Assembly (NCBI GenBank): GCA_964234715.1
Contig: OZ174283.1
Direction: 5' to 3' (one strand)
Length of the DNA: 64,000 nucleotides
From: Podarcis melisellensis
Lineage: Eukaryota
The notes under the pieces were generated by a model. That model was given only the letters and a program-made list of their open reading frames with translations, was not told where the DNA came from and ran no database searches. Made by a program: the position numbers and the translations under genes. Below, piece after piece: positions 1-13,475 of this stretch (its first letter is position 1; each line of letters begins with the position of its first letter).

Positions 1-217
1 AAAGTGCCAGGAAGAAGCAAGAAGGCATTGTTGGCAGTTCCAGAGTCTGTTTTGCCCAGCATACCCCATCACTTCCAGCAGAAAGCCCTCGACCTTTGAA
101 GCTGAGAAGCATTCTTGATATGAGCCCTTTTACTGTGACGGATCACACACCAATGGAGATAGTGGTTGATATTTTCCGCAAACTGGGCCTGAGGCAGTGC
201 CTTGTAACACACAATGG
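1..217 (+). CDS. CLCN3: CLCN3 (H+/Cl- exchanger ClC-3) penultimate constitutive coding exon, CBS2 region; may begin at or before the window edge
   Basis: Frame from nt 3 reads [72 protein letters not shown], matching vertebrate ClC-3; donor GG|gtgagt at 217/218. Confidence 0.97.
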
Positions 218-3200
218 GTGAGTCCAATGATGGGAACTGCTATTTGTATCACAAAGGTTTGGGATTACTTATTTTTCTATCTTTGTTCTGTTGCTCCTTC
301 AGAAGTCTTAACACCCTAACACTTGTTCAAGTATTAAACATGAGGCAACCGCATAGCAGGGTGTTGAATTATAAGTTATTTTCTCCTAATTTTATTTTAT
401 TTTTTCAAAGCAAACACAGCCATTTGCAAATTTCCCACTATCTTCTCCTAGCAGCCCAAAATAAGTCCTGAGAATCATCTGAGGATAATTCATAACACTA
501 GAAGGTTTCTTGTTCTCACTGGTTTACCATGAGAAGAGGGACATACAGAAATTCATGATTTTGGGGGGTTATATTTTGTTCTTAAGATATGGGAATGCTT
601 CCATATTGCTTTTTTCTAAAACCATAATATGGAATGGATGTATATACTTCTGCCTCCAGTTAAGACAACGCTGAACACTACTCCCAGTTCTTCAGCATAT
701 TTGTGTTTTTTCCAGGAGGTGGTGCCTCCTCCCCTCTTGCATTTTGCAAGAGCCCTCATGTCACAAAATGGCCCTAGTAACTTTATCATAGTTTGCATTG
801 TCTCTGTGCAGTTAAGTTATGCTAATGAAAGCTACATTGCCACTAGTTCTGCAACTCTTCTTGTTGTGATTTCCCTCCTTTTCAATTGATTGTATACCCT
901 TCAAACAAATGAGCAGGGGGCTGCATATTGCAAGCAACATGAGTCTGCCCCCAACAGCTGAAGCCCCATGATGAGCTCATTCCCCCCTTTCTGCTTTATA
1001 TCATAAGACTAGATCTCATAGCCTAATCATACTTGCCTTCTCAGAATGATCCATGAAACTACTGGGTCTCAGAGCTGGTTCACATGTAACTTTTCACATG
1101 GAACTGCTAATGGGAGTGGCCTACTCAAGTGAGCAGCATGAGATCAGTGCTGGAGGGTTATGAAACTTTGCACATCAGCTTCCATGAACCTCCCAACACT
1201 CTGAAACAGAAAATCCTTGCTTACAGCACAGGTGCCATTCTGTTGTATTTACATGTCTTCCCTCTGATACGACATTACTTATGCCAAGTGCATGACTAGG
1301 AAGCGGCCTTATACTGAATCAGACTAATGATATAACTCAGTGTGGTTTATTTTGCAATATTGTGGCTCTCCAGGATTTCAGACATTGCCCTCTCCCAGTT
1401 CTATATGGAGATGCTGAGTATAGAATTTGATCTTTTTGCATGCAAAGCACATGCTAATAAGCTGTAAATAACTAACAATTTCCACTTTAAAACTATATAC
1501 ATCATGAGTGATATCCATATTTTGGAGAAGCTCATTAAAATCAGTGGCAATGAGGTTACCCAGAATATGACCAATGCTGGATACCGCCTGATATTTTTAG
1601 ATTATTAATGTATATTCGACTCCAGAGACTGGACATCACTATGTGATCTTGCAATAAACTACTTAAATTTGCTGCCTTAAATAGAGTTTAAGGGGAGAGT
1701 ATTTATACTTGCCTTCAGCCCAAATTAAACTAACAACACTATGCTCAAAAGTAAGTCTCCTTAGGCTAAGTGAGACTTACACCCAGGTAAGTAGGATTGC
1801 ATCCTGAAAGCTAAACTGCTATGTATGTATGGGGTTGAGTACACTATAGCATTCCTAGAAAATGTTTTTATAACACTTAAAACCATTGATGAGGCCTGAA
1901 GCCCCCTCTGTAGAAGTGTAGCAAAATATGCTGCTACAACTGGAAGTACCTCATTTTCCAATGCGATTATTAACTATGTAGAAATTGCTCTATTATATTT
2001 CTTAATGAATTATTAAGTGAACACGATAGCAAAAAGTTACTTGCGCTTAATCTGCAGCTGTGTAATGTCCGTATTTGTTTTCTTGCTTCAGCTTGTTAAT
2101 GTTACTTTGCGTTTGATAATTTTAACAGTGGCCAGATCTCATTCCACTTGTCAGTTTGGGGCAGACCCCCAAATCATTCAGATCACTAAGCAGACTTGTA
2201 TATTTGCTGCATGTGACTGCATCAGGCAAGGAAACGTGTATGCAGACTGGAAATTTCGATCTCCTTTCCTAGGAAAGAGGTCACAGCAGCTGGAACAGTA
2301 AAACAGTTTTAATACCCCCAACACAATTCTAAGCATTTTAGATGATAGCCAGTGTTAGTCATATTCAGATTGGGCCCATTAAGCAAGTCCATTGATTTCA
2401 GTTGGTCTACTACGATATGACCCTTTAATTTTTAAGAAGCTGGTTTACAAAAGATTTGTTAATTTTCATGACCTTGAAAAGCAGCTTGCTAGGATGTTTC
2501 TCTAAAATTATTTGCGGTTTGGAAAAGAATAGCTCTGGGGTTTTTGTTTTGCATTTTGGTGATACCACTTGTATCTTAATTGTTCTGTTGCTTTTTATCG
2601 TGGCTGTGTATATTCCAGGGAATTGTTGTACATGTGCAGAATTTAGTATTGGTCCAGTGTGTGGCATGCTAAGAATCTTATTATTATTATTAATATTATT
2701 TTTAAAAAGCTTCCAGTTCTGATGGCCTGTAAGAAAAATGTAAAGATGAAATCTAAAGTAATGGAAAGAAACTAAGTAGGACTATGAGGAGTCAGAATGT
2801 GGGTTTTTGGCATCCTGTTTAACATCTTGTCCATCTGCTGTTTTCAGCTACTCCCTGGTTTTATTCTTATAAGACATTTATCCCGTCTTCCCCTTCTTGC
2901 CTGTTTTCATTCTACCATTCATGCTTAAACAAACAGACCCAAACTAAGTATATGTGAACATATTGATCTAATTTATTCTAGATGCAGAATTCAGGGATAG
3001 GGAGTATGGAGTAGCATTTAGGTGCCTGCCTTAAGGACTGTTAATGTGATTAAAATAGAGACAGAGGCAGGCTTAATATTTTGACCATCAGATGTTTTTA
3101 AGAAGGTAAAATGTGCATCTGTAGGAGTAAAAGTTAAGCTTGTTCTTGCATTTCATATTTGTAATGGCAGGAAATGTGGAAAGATTGGTTGTAATAATGG

Positions 3201-3407
3201 TAAAACATCTAGATGTCAGTGCGCAACATGTGTCTATATCTTAAGTTTAATATGCATTGAGAGAAGATGCAGTGGCCTTCAAACCCTTTTTCAGTTAACC
3301 TTCCCATTATTAGCATTTCTGCAGTCCATGTTTTCGTTTTACTTTCCCCCCTAAACTTCTTTCATTATGACTGGAGCTCTTTTGTTTGATTTCACACACA
3401 GTTATTA

Positions 3408-3547
3408 NNNNNNNNNNNNNNNNNNNNNNNNNNNNNNNNNNNNNNNNNNNNNNNNNNNNNNNNNNNNNNNNNNNNNNNNNNNNNNNNNNNNNNNNNNNNN
3501 NNNNNNNNNNNNNNNNNNNNNNNNNNNNNNNNNNNNNNNNNNNNNNN
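3408..3547. other. Assembly gap (140 N) in the last CLCN3 intron
   Basis: Run of N. Confidence 1.
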
Positions 3548-4907
3548 CAGGAAGCATGAAACTTGTGAATTGTTCAGTGTTCTCTTATAACAGCTGAACA
3601 ACAACAAACCTCCATAAACAAGTATATAGGCCTTATGAATTTGAAATGTGAGCAAAATCTGTTTGTGGGAAAATATGCTAAATGAAGACATGAGCTCAAC
3701 ATTCACTGTTAATTAAAAGTGAACGTTATGCAAGAAAGTGGATTAGCGATTTCAATGATAAAAATTCTGCAATTCCCAAAGGTTCCAGGGTACATCTGTT
3801 TTCTGACAAGTTTTGTTGACCTGTGTAAAATAAGCATGGGGGTTTCATTTTTAACAAGAGCTGCCAATCAGCCTGCAAACTTCATTGTAGTCTTTGACAT
3901 CTGAACTAGGACATATTTCAGCATTAGAACTATTTCCTGCCCAGTTGCAGTCACTTTGTGGAGCGACTACTAGAAGGCACTTTATTTCCTGATTAACATC
4001 AGCAGTGATAGAATTTGTCATTTGTCCTTCTTGCTGTATTTTGTGCTATTTAGATTCTAGTTGCTGCTCTGCAGTAGTTGCTATTAAAACCTGTATTCCA
4101 AGTTTGGCTGCTTACATGCTAATTGAACTTGCATTTTATTCTAATACTTCACAAGTGTTTCATGCATCCTATTTAAAAAAAAAAAGTTACAGCAAAAAAC
4201 TACTAACCAGAATGACAAGGTTAGAAGCTCATTCTTTTTTTCTGCCTCTCCTGTGATAAACCTTTTAAGGACAGCTTCACTCCTTGGTATATAAGTAGTA
4301 AAACCTGGATCATAAGAGCACTGTTTCTAATAAGAAAAAAGGGGGTCTAAATGTTTTCTTCTTTTTTTTTTTCAATTTGAACCTGAAATAAATTAATCTG
4401 TGATCATCTCTTCTTCAAACATATGTGCAAGTGCTCTTATGAAGACACCCAAACCAATAGGTTATGCTGGACAGAGCCTCAAAATTGAACTGTCAAGCAA
4501 TTTTGAGTCCAGCTATATTCAACCATAATTTCTTTTGGTAATGGGATCAGTATCACTTATTCACACGTTTGTTTTTTCTTTGTCCTCCTTTGTTACTTTT
4601 TTGTTGGCATATAATAATCAGCAACAAAAAAATAACTATTAGCGGGCACAGGCTTGGCTTTTCTTTACTTGGAAGTTGAAAACGGGTTACAGTTTAGTGA
4701 CCACCCTCTTTAGTATCTTAGTACTGCTGTTGTTTTAAAGAAAATGATGGTTGCTTGATGGCAACAAAATGTGTTTCTTGGAATAAGAAAATCAGGCTTT
4801 ACTGCACTCTGTTCCTGTCAACAAAAAGGATTTGGCTATAAAATTAGCTTGGCTATTTCTTCTGGCTCGTGTATTTAATTAGCCATCTTCTATGTGTCTC
4901 TTTCCAG

Positions 4908-4998
4908 GCGCCTCCTTGGCATCATAACAAAAAAAGATATCCTCCGTCATATGGCCCAGACGGCAAACCAAGACCCCGCATCAATAATGTTCAACTGA
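4908..4998 (+). CDS. CLCN3: CLCN3 terminal exon, canonical (ClC-3A) frame
   Basis: Acceptor tctctttccag|G; reads (G)[29 protein letters not shown] with TGA at 4996-4998, in phase with the upstream exon. Confidence 0.97.
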
Positions 4999-5066
4999 AT
5001 TCAGTAACAGAGGAGAGAGAGGAAAGTGAAGAGGAGGTTCATTTGTTGAATAGCACAACACTTTAG
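4908..5066 (+). CDS. CLCN3: CLCN3 terminal exon, alternative frame (ClC-3B C-terminus with PDZ-binding STTL)
   Basis: Same acceptor, shifted frame: [52 protein letters not shown], closely resembling the mammalian ClC-3B tail. Confidence 0.88.
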
Positions 5067-8000
5067 CATGAGGCATTGTTTTGCAATGCAGGAGGAAAGC
5101 TGGATTTTTGGGGAAGCATGCCGCTGGAATTCAGGAGTTGATTTAGGAAAAAGCGCAGAGTTGGAAAAAGGATGGTCCTCACAGTAACAAAGAGGGTAGG
5201 AGCGAAGTTCTGCAATCTTGCACTGGATGCGTTCTAAGTTGCTAGATCAGCCATGATAGTGCAGTAACAAAGTTGTGTCAGAAGATGGAAGGCTCCATTC
5301 TGTACCCTGCTGCTTTAGCATTGAAGAAACTGATTACTAGTCCCTGTTTCTGGAGGGATCATTTTGAATTGAGCCATCTTTTGAATACTGGAAGATTTTG
5401 CCCTTTTTACCACAGACAATTGTTGTGTTAACTCATTAAGTGCATAGTTATTTATATCACCTCTTTACATTCCAAAAGAGCTTTTATTTCTCTCTCCTGA
5501 GCCCTAACAGAGCCTCTTTACAATTGATGTGCCCTTCTGAAATGGTAGTTTCTCATATTGAGATGTACTGTGACCTGCTGAGTTTGTTCACAAGAAGGAA
5601 GTATTTCTTGTGCCATTTAAACTTAAGAGATTGTATATCATGAAATTATTATGGCAGTTTTGATCTACTGCAACAGAAGCAGATTGAGCAGGTAAAATAA
5701 CTTGTATGAAGCATGTTTGAAATCCTGTAGCTTTTGAGCTGCAGCTTAAACAGCCAAAACCTGTCTCAAAAAGAATGTTGTTGCAAGATGATAACATGAC
5801 CTGGGCTTATGCAATTTTTTTGTATTAAAAACACTAAGGTATATACCAATGTTGTGCAGTGTAAGGAAAATACTGCTACTCTATTAAGAACAATTCTATA
5901 TAAATGTGTCTGGTAACAACTGCATGCTCAAACACTGGAGATTTCTTCCCCTGCCTCAGAATTACAACCCATCACTTTTTGTTCCCTGTTCCTACAAAAA
6001 TGTAATCATATTTTGCACTAGATATACACTGATATTTGAGCATTATTTTATTTATATTTTTATGAATTAAAATATACTAAATAAAATTAGTTAACAGTGA
6101 CACAGTTAATTTTACCTTTATAATGTATTTTTTATACAGTAATTCAGAAACCTCCATGTGCAAAGATGGGTTAGGCAAAAGCTTATCAATGGGGGAAGTG
6201 TTTAATATTTCTTTATAATGCAGTCTGCCACTTGATTGATGGCCATAATCTTAAATTACTGTTTGTTTTTAAACAAAGCAGAAATAATGGACCCAACATT
6301 TGTAAATAATGCAGGATTTAAAAACAATTATTTTAATTATAAACCTGTTATCGTTTTGATTTTGATTTTCAATAGCTTTAGAACATAACTGCTGAAGTGA
6401 TAATTCAGTTTTTCAAGTAACAATTGATTCCTACTGCAACTATGTCGGGTTTAAATCCTATCCACAATAGATATAATTTACTGGAACATTTTTTGTCTCA
6501 ATTTCTGGGTTGTATCCGCTTGGTGTCCCTCAATTGAGAAAAAGCTCTTGGATACAGCAGAGTCTTGCCTGAGTGGAAGGGGGATCAAAGCGATCTTTGA
6601 TGACTTGGCCATTATCTTGCAGCCCCCTGCACCACTCTCCACATTGTTCTAATGGTCTTCTGTCCTCCAGAGCCGACTGGAGGCAGGTTGTAGGAGGAAA
6701 GGGAAATCACTGAAGTTTGCCCCAATCTCTGTTCTGTTGATGGAAGCACCCGCTGGATCAAAGAGCCTTCTTTCAGCAGCGGGACACCAATAAGATACAA
6801 TCCTTTGTATCTGGAATGTCTACACTGTATTCTACACAAAACATCACTACCACAGTAGCCTGGTTCGCACAACATCCTCTTTCTCCCTGGTCCTTTTTGC
6901 TGCTTCAGTGAGCCAAGTCAATGTTTGGCTTAGTATGTTGGCCTTGGGAGCAGCTCATGGTCAGTGAGAAGAGAGCTTAACCATGAGTCCCAGTTGCACA
7001 AGATGTTTAGCCAAAATTTGGCTTAGCTCACAGCAGCAAAAAGGACTGGGAAAGGATCAAAGAGGCTGCAGGCTGTGAGCTGCTCTGGGAGCACAGTCTA
7101 GTTAAGCCAAACTTTGGTTTATCATGTGTGAATCAGGCCAAAGTCTGGGAGGTGTTACTTTGAGGGTTTTGACCATAAAAAAACTGAAACATAAATGGGA
7201 CAGTTAGAGATGTGACTGGCAGGTGAACATTCCAGAGCATCACATCTCCTGATTGCGAGGGCATTTACATTGGCTTTTCAAGCATTATGGGTGAACATGA
7301 AACTGTTTGCACAGTGTAGCGCCTGACTTTGCCCAGTAATCCCCTACCTCACTTGATAAGCCCATTTGGAAACACTGAAATTCACAGGTGTGTGTAAGGT
7401 AGCCAGGGAAGCATCTTTTCATAAAAAGAACCAGGTGCCCTACATACTGCATATATGTTTGTGTAACACCAGGTGTGTTTGTATATCTCAGGCCTGTTGC
7501 CTGAGTAAGCTCTTTTTTATTTGCAAATCATTTGACACTAGAGTATCTGAGGAAAACATGTTCCAAAGGAATACCAGAGTAAATTTGGTGAAGTCGGTAG
7601 GAATGCAACTAAGAACTGTAAACAAGTGCTTTGCTAAGTGGTCCAAATACTAATAATTGTTTAGGCGTAGCTTTTTAAATCTATAGATTAATATTTCCTT
7701 GCAGTGCCTAATTGGCCAATGTGATTTAGTAATTCTTTGAAGCTTTGCTTTGAACTCTGAGCTGAACCTTTGCCAAAGCTATACTTTTTGGCACAGTACA
7801 TTGGGCTGAATCCAAAGATTCCCAGCCTTTGATGGGAGCCCCGTCAGAGAAGGGGAAACTTTGGGTCCAAGCTATTGTTTTTTAAAATTGATAGTAATGA
7901 GACCTTCTTTATTTACTTGCCTGGGTATTAAACTGGAACACTTGTTCCCTTGGAGCCTTTTATTGTGTAAATCAGTGTTAACAGAACAGAATTTGTCTAA

Positions 8001-8700
8001 TGTATAGACAAAGTTCAGGAGACTACTTATGATGCTTCTAACACTTTCTTTAAAAGTAAAAACTCTTTTGCCCTGGTTCTTATCACGTGTATCTAAAATA
8101 AACTCACTTTCTCTAAGTAACATGCTTTAATTTGAAATCCTCCTGTCCTGTTCAGTATGAAACTTTCATATAGCTACTTGCTTTAACACGAGGTTTTTTT
8201 GGGTATAAATTCAGTGCCCTCAGACTAGCTGTTGCAGCATGAAGTGAAAAGATACTAATTCATGCCCCAGATCACTTACTTAAATGTTAAGACCTTCACA
8301 TCTATACTGTGCCGATCTAATGCACTGTTTGCTGTTCTTACCTGCTCAGTTTTCCTCACTAGCGCATGACAAGTTTGTTTGTCATGGTGCATTAAGAGAC
8401 TCTGGAACTGAACTAAGTGTGCCTGTGCATTGCGCAAAAAAGCAGAGGGTATATACTAATGTAAAAATTTGCAGGGCCTTATTCAAGTTGAACAGGATGT
8501 GGTGTTTGAGGGTATCGCCATCTTTGTTTTGTTTATAGCAGTTCAGTTGGTTCATGAATGCATAGTTTGTTAATCTGTGATATTTCCTAGACCTGTATTA
8601 AACATTAATCCTAATGTTTTTATTTATACTAGTGTGATATAGTTGCATATCATTACAGTAAAATAAAAAACCTATTACTGTGATGATTTCATTATAAAAA
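4999..8700 (+). other. CLCN3: CLCN3 3' UTR (end approximate); candidate polyA signal AATAAA at 8662-8667
   Basis: AT-rich sequence after the stop; AATAAA followed by T-rich sequence. Other AATAAA hexamers exist, so the end is uncertain. Confidence 0.5.
6857..7139. mobile_element. Non-autonomous DNA transposon (PIF/Harbinger-like MITE) in the CLCN3 3' region
   Basis: Imperfect terminal inverted repeats GCCTGGTTCGCACA ... TGTGTGAATCAGGC. Confidence 0.45.
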
Positions 8701-10080
8701 TGTATTAAATTTTTCTGTATGACCATTTTGGTTTTGACTTTTTTCATTACTAAATTAATCATTGGCTATACAAAGTACATATGCATTTCTTTTATCTGAA
8801 GATTTGGGAGGTACTGTCAAACATACCAGAATGGAAGAATGTTAAAACACAGCTTTTTCCTTTCTTGCATTTGCTTAGTGAATGAGCAGAAAGAGCACAA
8901 ACACCGTTTTTTAAGTGGAAGAACTAAACTGCAGATTGATCTAGCTCTATAATAATCAATTGTAAACTACCCTTTTGTATTAGATTCCGGTCCTCCATTT
9001 TCTTCCACATAAACAAGGTTTAGGTGAAAACAAAAACCATGAGGCAAAACCTTGACTGTGACCAAAAGCAAAGTCAGCACAATGTCACAGAAATTCAGTA
9101 GAGTATTGTTACGTTAACACAATCTGCCACCAGTAACTTGTTTGTTGGAAAGGTATGCTAAACAATTATTTACTTGCTGCTCTTCCAAAAATGGCTTTTA
9201 GTAGCATTTGCCATCTGTTGAAGAAGAGGTTTTGTTATTGGATCTCTCCCTCCACCTGGCTTCCCCAAATTTTGAAGGTGTAAGCTTCTCGGCTTCTTCA
9301 TTTGGGCCTCAACAGAGACTTGATTTTAAATTTAACATTTTGTGAACCACTTGGGATAAGAGAGCAGAGTGTAAAACGTAAATAAAGTGACCAAAGAAAA
9401 AAGAACCACCAACTTTGTTCTGGCATTAAAGAGCAATTTTTCTCTCTACCTTTTTTGCTTCCTCTGTGTTTTCCAAAGTCTGATGGCAGTGAGTTTCTTT
9501 TTTAATAGAGCTGCTTCGAGATAGTAATTGTCTAAAAAAGTAGGATAACCATATTAAGTAAATCATCAAATGTGAAAATGCAGGAATTTTGTGTATAGAA
9601 TTGGTTTTGTTGTCTGTAGCAAGCAAGTTTAACATATTTCTAACTCCTGGTTTGTTGTAAGTTTTCTTCCTCCTGAAAGACTGGCTTGATTGATCCCTCG
9701 CCTTTACGGCATGTTTGCTGTCACCTCTGTAGTAGCCTAGTATTGCATATATAGCTTCTGACCAAGTTATTCAGAAGGCAGGTCTATGCCCACCTGCACT
9801 TGCTGAAGATTGGGTAGGAGTAACTGTGAAGGTAGTAGAAACTCAGCTGCTCAGGAAACATGGAAAGTAGGTTTTTCACCTCCCACCACCCCAGAACTTT
9901 CCTCATAGTCCACTGTATTTTTTAAAACAGCTTTTCTGCCATTAGAAGGCCACCTTATGGTTTGCAACCCATTATCTTATAATATTACAGTGTATGGCAA
10001 CACAGAGTGCAAAATGAAAGTGGAAATATAATTTGGATCCCCACCCCGGTCAATAAGCTGCTAATCTTTATCAAAACAAG

Positions 10081-10086
10081 TTTATT
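10081..10086 (-). terminator. HPF1: HPF1 polyadenylation signal (AATAAA)
   Basis: tttatt on +, about 93 nt downstream of the HPF1 stop codon. Confidence 0.65.
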
Positions 10087-10178
10087 TATCTCACATAGAA
10101 ACTACACCAGTTCAGTACCAAAAAGCAAGAAAATACCCCGAAACAAGGCAACTCAATACTTCACTTAATGACACTATT

Positions 10179-10310
10179 TCATGCTACAAGCTGGTCTACG
10201 TTCTCTTCTTTCCTATTAGCTAAATGAGCTTCAATGATTTCTGCAAACAGATTCCTCTTCAGCAAGTTGTAAGCAAGAGGCAGCAACTGGCCAACAATCT
10301 TGTGAAAATA
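10179..10310 (-). CDS. HPF1: HPF1 (histone PARylation factor 1) exon 8
   Basis: [43 protein letters not shown]; ag acceptor; 132 nt. Confidence 0.97.
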   Translation of the reverse strand, partial: YFHKIVGQLLPLAYNLLKRNLFAEIIEAHLANRKEENVDQLVA

Positions 10311-10494
10311 CTAGAAAAGATTAAAAGAACGCATTATCTCACTTAAATTGATATTACACACTCATACTGTTTTTCATATCAAACATTTCCTCAGTTTCCT
10401 GTATAGTTTCACGAGCTGCTTGGTTGAGCTCATTTGTTCTTTCTGTTCATTCACAAAATGAATGAGTTTCTGCAGAGAAAATTATTTTACTTAC

Positions 10495-10667
10495 ATGTGA
10501 CCCATAGCAGAAGAGGTCTATTCCCAGTTCATATCCCATTCCATAGTCACATTCATCATTAGCAAACTGAACAAAAGTTAGCATTTCCTGAATAGGGGCA
10601 AAGGCTTTCAGTCTCTGGTCATCATTGGGAGCATCTACAACGGCTTTACAGATTCTTTTGAGACTAG
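10495..10667 (-). CDS. HPF1: HPF1 exon 7
   Basis: [57 protein letters not shown]; contains the catalytic FANDECDYG motif; ag/gt boundaries; 173 nt. Confidence 0.97.
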
Positions 10668-11177
10668 CTGCAGAGGAAAGTTCACATGAGAACTAAATTG
10701 GAACAAGTTTCCTTTATCATTCAGTTTTATCTGTTTTGCTGTATGTTGACTAGGATTCCTCAGAATAACAGAGATTTCCCAATAAGGCTATCAGTAATGG
10801 CAGACAGGTTGCTCATTAGTGATCACCACAGCTATGGAATTAGACTCTGACACTCCCACTGGTGAAAGGGGTTGTTAAGCAAATTTTTGCCAGTTCCCCC
10901 TCCCTGCAGCCCTTGTCATGACCTCTCACATTGTTCTATAAGGTCACCCAAGGAGAGGAGAACCAGCAAAATTGACCTTTCCCTACTTCAAGTGGGAGCA
11001 TCTCATGGGTGGAATTACAGTCAGGGAATACTCCTGCTACTAGGAGCAAAAGTCTGGATTCAACCTAACATATAAATATTCATTTTCCCCCCAAGACTTC
11101 AGTATCTAAATGCACTCTTACTAATAGCAAAATTCAATTTTCTTTTTCTAATAACAGAAACACTAGAATTAATTTAC

Positions 11178-11265
11178 CATTTGTTTCAGGAAGCTCTCTG
11201 TACCCAACATCATTCTTATCTATGGGGACAACCAAACCAGCTCCATGAAATGTCTTGGTTACTAC
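11178..11265 (-). CDS. HPF1: HPF1 exon 6
   Basis: [29 protein letters not shown]; ag/gt boundaries; 88 nt. Confidence 0.97.
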
Positions 11266-12509
11266 CTGTATTGAAAAGAGAAAGAAACAAATACAATTAA
11301 GCCTAGGCCTGTCAAACTACATGGAACCACATCTGAATTAAAATATTAATTCTGCATCTATTCAAAGACTTGCTATTTTTCTAGAAGTATTTACATTTAA
11401 CTGAATTATTAACCAGCCTTTAAAACCTTTTGTACCAAGTAGACAGCTCCCTACCTTTTTGTGTGACAGCAATGACTATACGTAGAGCATTGCTCAGTGT
11501 TCCTTGCTGCTCATCCATGTAATCTTCTGGAGCACTAAGACAATCCATTGAAAACAGTGTTCCACCTCCTTCCTCTTGAAGTGGTGATTCCATTGGGAAA
11601 AGACAGAGAAGCCAGTTCCATTGGAGGTTACCACCACAAGGCACCTACAATGTTTTGAATTGGCTGTTTCTCAAGGAATCCCCTCTTTGAGGCTGTTCAG
11701 CTGTTTCCTGATTAACTGGGGGGAAGGGGAATTTATAACTTGCTCCTGTCTTTCCCAAATTAAATTTAAGATTTTTAAAGATAGAAATGTTCTGAAAATT
11801 AATAGTTCAATATGAACAGAATTTGCACCTGTCATTGCAAAACATAGACTGTTGCACAAGTAACTGGTATTCTGGCTGCTTAAGGTAACACTTTTCCATC
11901 TATAGCCTATAGCTGGTGAACATAGTTTAGTTACAGTTAACATATCTGATATTATTCTAAATCCATGTTTTAGAATTAAGTCTTAATCTATGTCATTCCC
12001 GATTTGTTTGGTTTCTGGGTTGAGCTTGAGATACTTCCTTCTATGGCCACCATATTGTTTCTGCTTGTTCTGTTATTTAAGTTCTTTGGATCTTTAAAGT
12101 ATACATTAATAATAATAATTATTATTAGTGGTGATCTCATGTTTTGCCATGAAGAGAGTGTTGATGCTGTAATTTATATAAAAGGCATTGCTGTCAGATG
12201 CCATTAAGAATATGTTTCTGTGCTCTGAACATAATTTATTATGGCTCCTAAAACTTTAAAAATACCTACAGCCAAGCAATGCTTCATATTTTATACCTTT
12301 CAACAACGATCAAACTTTAAGCATATGTAAAGCAACTCAACATTTTCTCATAGTAAAAAGGTAATTAAAATATTGAGAATTTATTTCCTGGGATAAGTTA
12401 CCTTGTAAACTTATAGAAAATTAATACAAGCTGGCCTTGAGCAGGAAAAAAAAGGAACGGGCCTATACATTAGAGTTCTTTATTAATCTAGAAAGAAATC
12501 AAGCCATAC

Positions 12510-12660
12510 TTTCTTGTCTCTCTGTTTCATCTTCATGGTTTTTTGCTCAAGCAAGTAACCAAGTTCTTTTGCTGTTTTGGTTAGTTTTTCATCTATATCT
12601 TTCAGAATGCTGATTTTCTTTTTGTCCGTCAATTCCTTAAGCCTTTTGTACAAAAATAAT
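12510..12660 (-). CDS. HPF1: HPF1 exon 5
   Basis: [50 protein letters not shown]; ag/gt boundaries; 151 nt. Confidence 0.96.
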
Positions 12661-13126
12661 CTGAAACAAAAAGAAAACTTCGTGTTACATGCATCATCCG
12701 CTTTTCTTTGTAACAGGAATGAGGAACCTGGGACATGTCATTGGGACTCCATTAGCTTAGGTTGATTATGAGGGATGAAGGGAGTTGGAGTCCAACAACA
12801 TCTGGAGAGCCTCAGGTTCCCCAGCCCTGCCCTAGAATGATAAAAGCATGGAAAGTTTTCTTAAGTCTTCCAAAGAATCTAGCATGGATTTAATCAGCAA
12901 AGCAAAACATAGTAATTAATAAATGAATGAATGAATGTTTAACTTTGACTTTTAACTAACTTTAGCTGTAAATATTCCAAAGGACTACTTTGGAGTCAGG
13001 CTTGGTGCTGAGAGACAGGCTTTTGAAATGATCACAAGTGCCTCCAAGGGGAAGCAGCAATTAAGTGAGACTACAACCTCTCCCAAAGGATTTTATTAAG
13101 TCTTGCTCACTGATTAAACAGCTGTA

Positions 13127-13475
13127 CAGTGGTGCCTCGCAAGACAAAATTAATCCGTTCCGTGAGGCTCTTCGTCTTGCGGTTTTTTCATCTTGCGAAG
13201 CAAGCCCATTGACAGCGGATTAGCGCTATTAGCTGTTTAGCGGCTTTTAGCGATCAGCTGTTAAGCGGTTTATCAGCGGATCAGCTGATAAGCGGCTTAG
13301 CGGCTTAGGAAAAGGGGAGGGAGGGAAAAAAACCTGCAGGAACTCGCAAGACTTTTTCGTCTTGCGAAGCAAGCCCATAGGGAAATTCGTTTTGCGAAGC
13401 GCCTCCAAAACGGAAAACCCTTTCGTCTAGCGGGTTTTCCGTCTTGCGAGGCGTTCGTCTTGCGGGGCACCTCTG
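13127..13475. mobile_element. Tc1/mariner (Tigger-like) MITE in HPF1 intron 4
   Basis: TA|CAGTGGTGCCTCGCAAGAC ... GTCTTGCGGGGCACCTCTG|TA; TA target duplication; internal repeats of GTCTTGCGA. Confidence 0.85.

Noticed and set aside
214-471. 85-aa ORF following the CLCN3 exon
   Set aside because: Starts out of frame at the exon end and runs into intron sequence; no coding signature.
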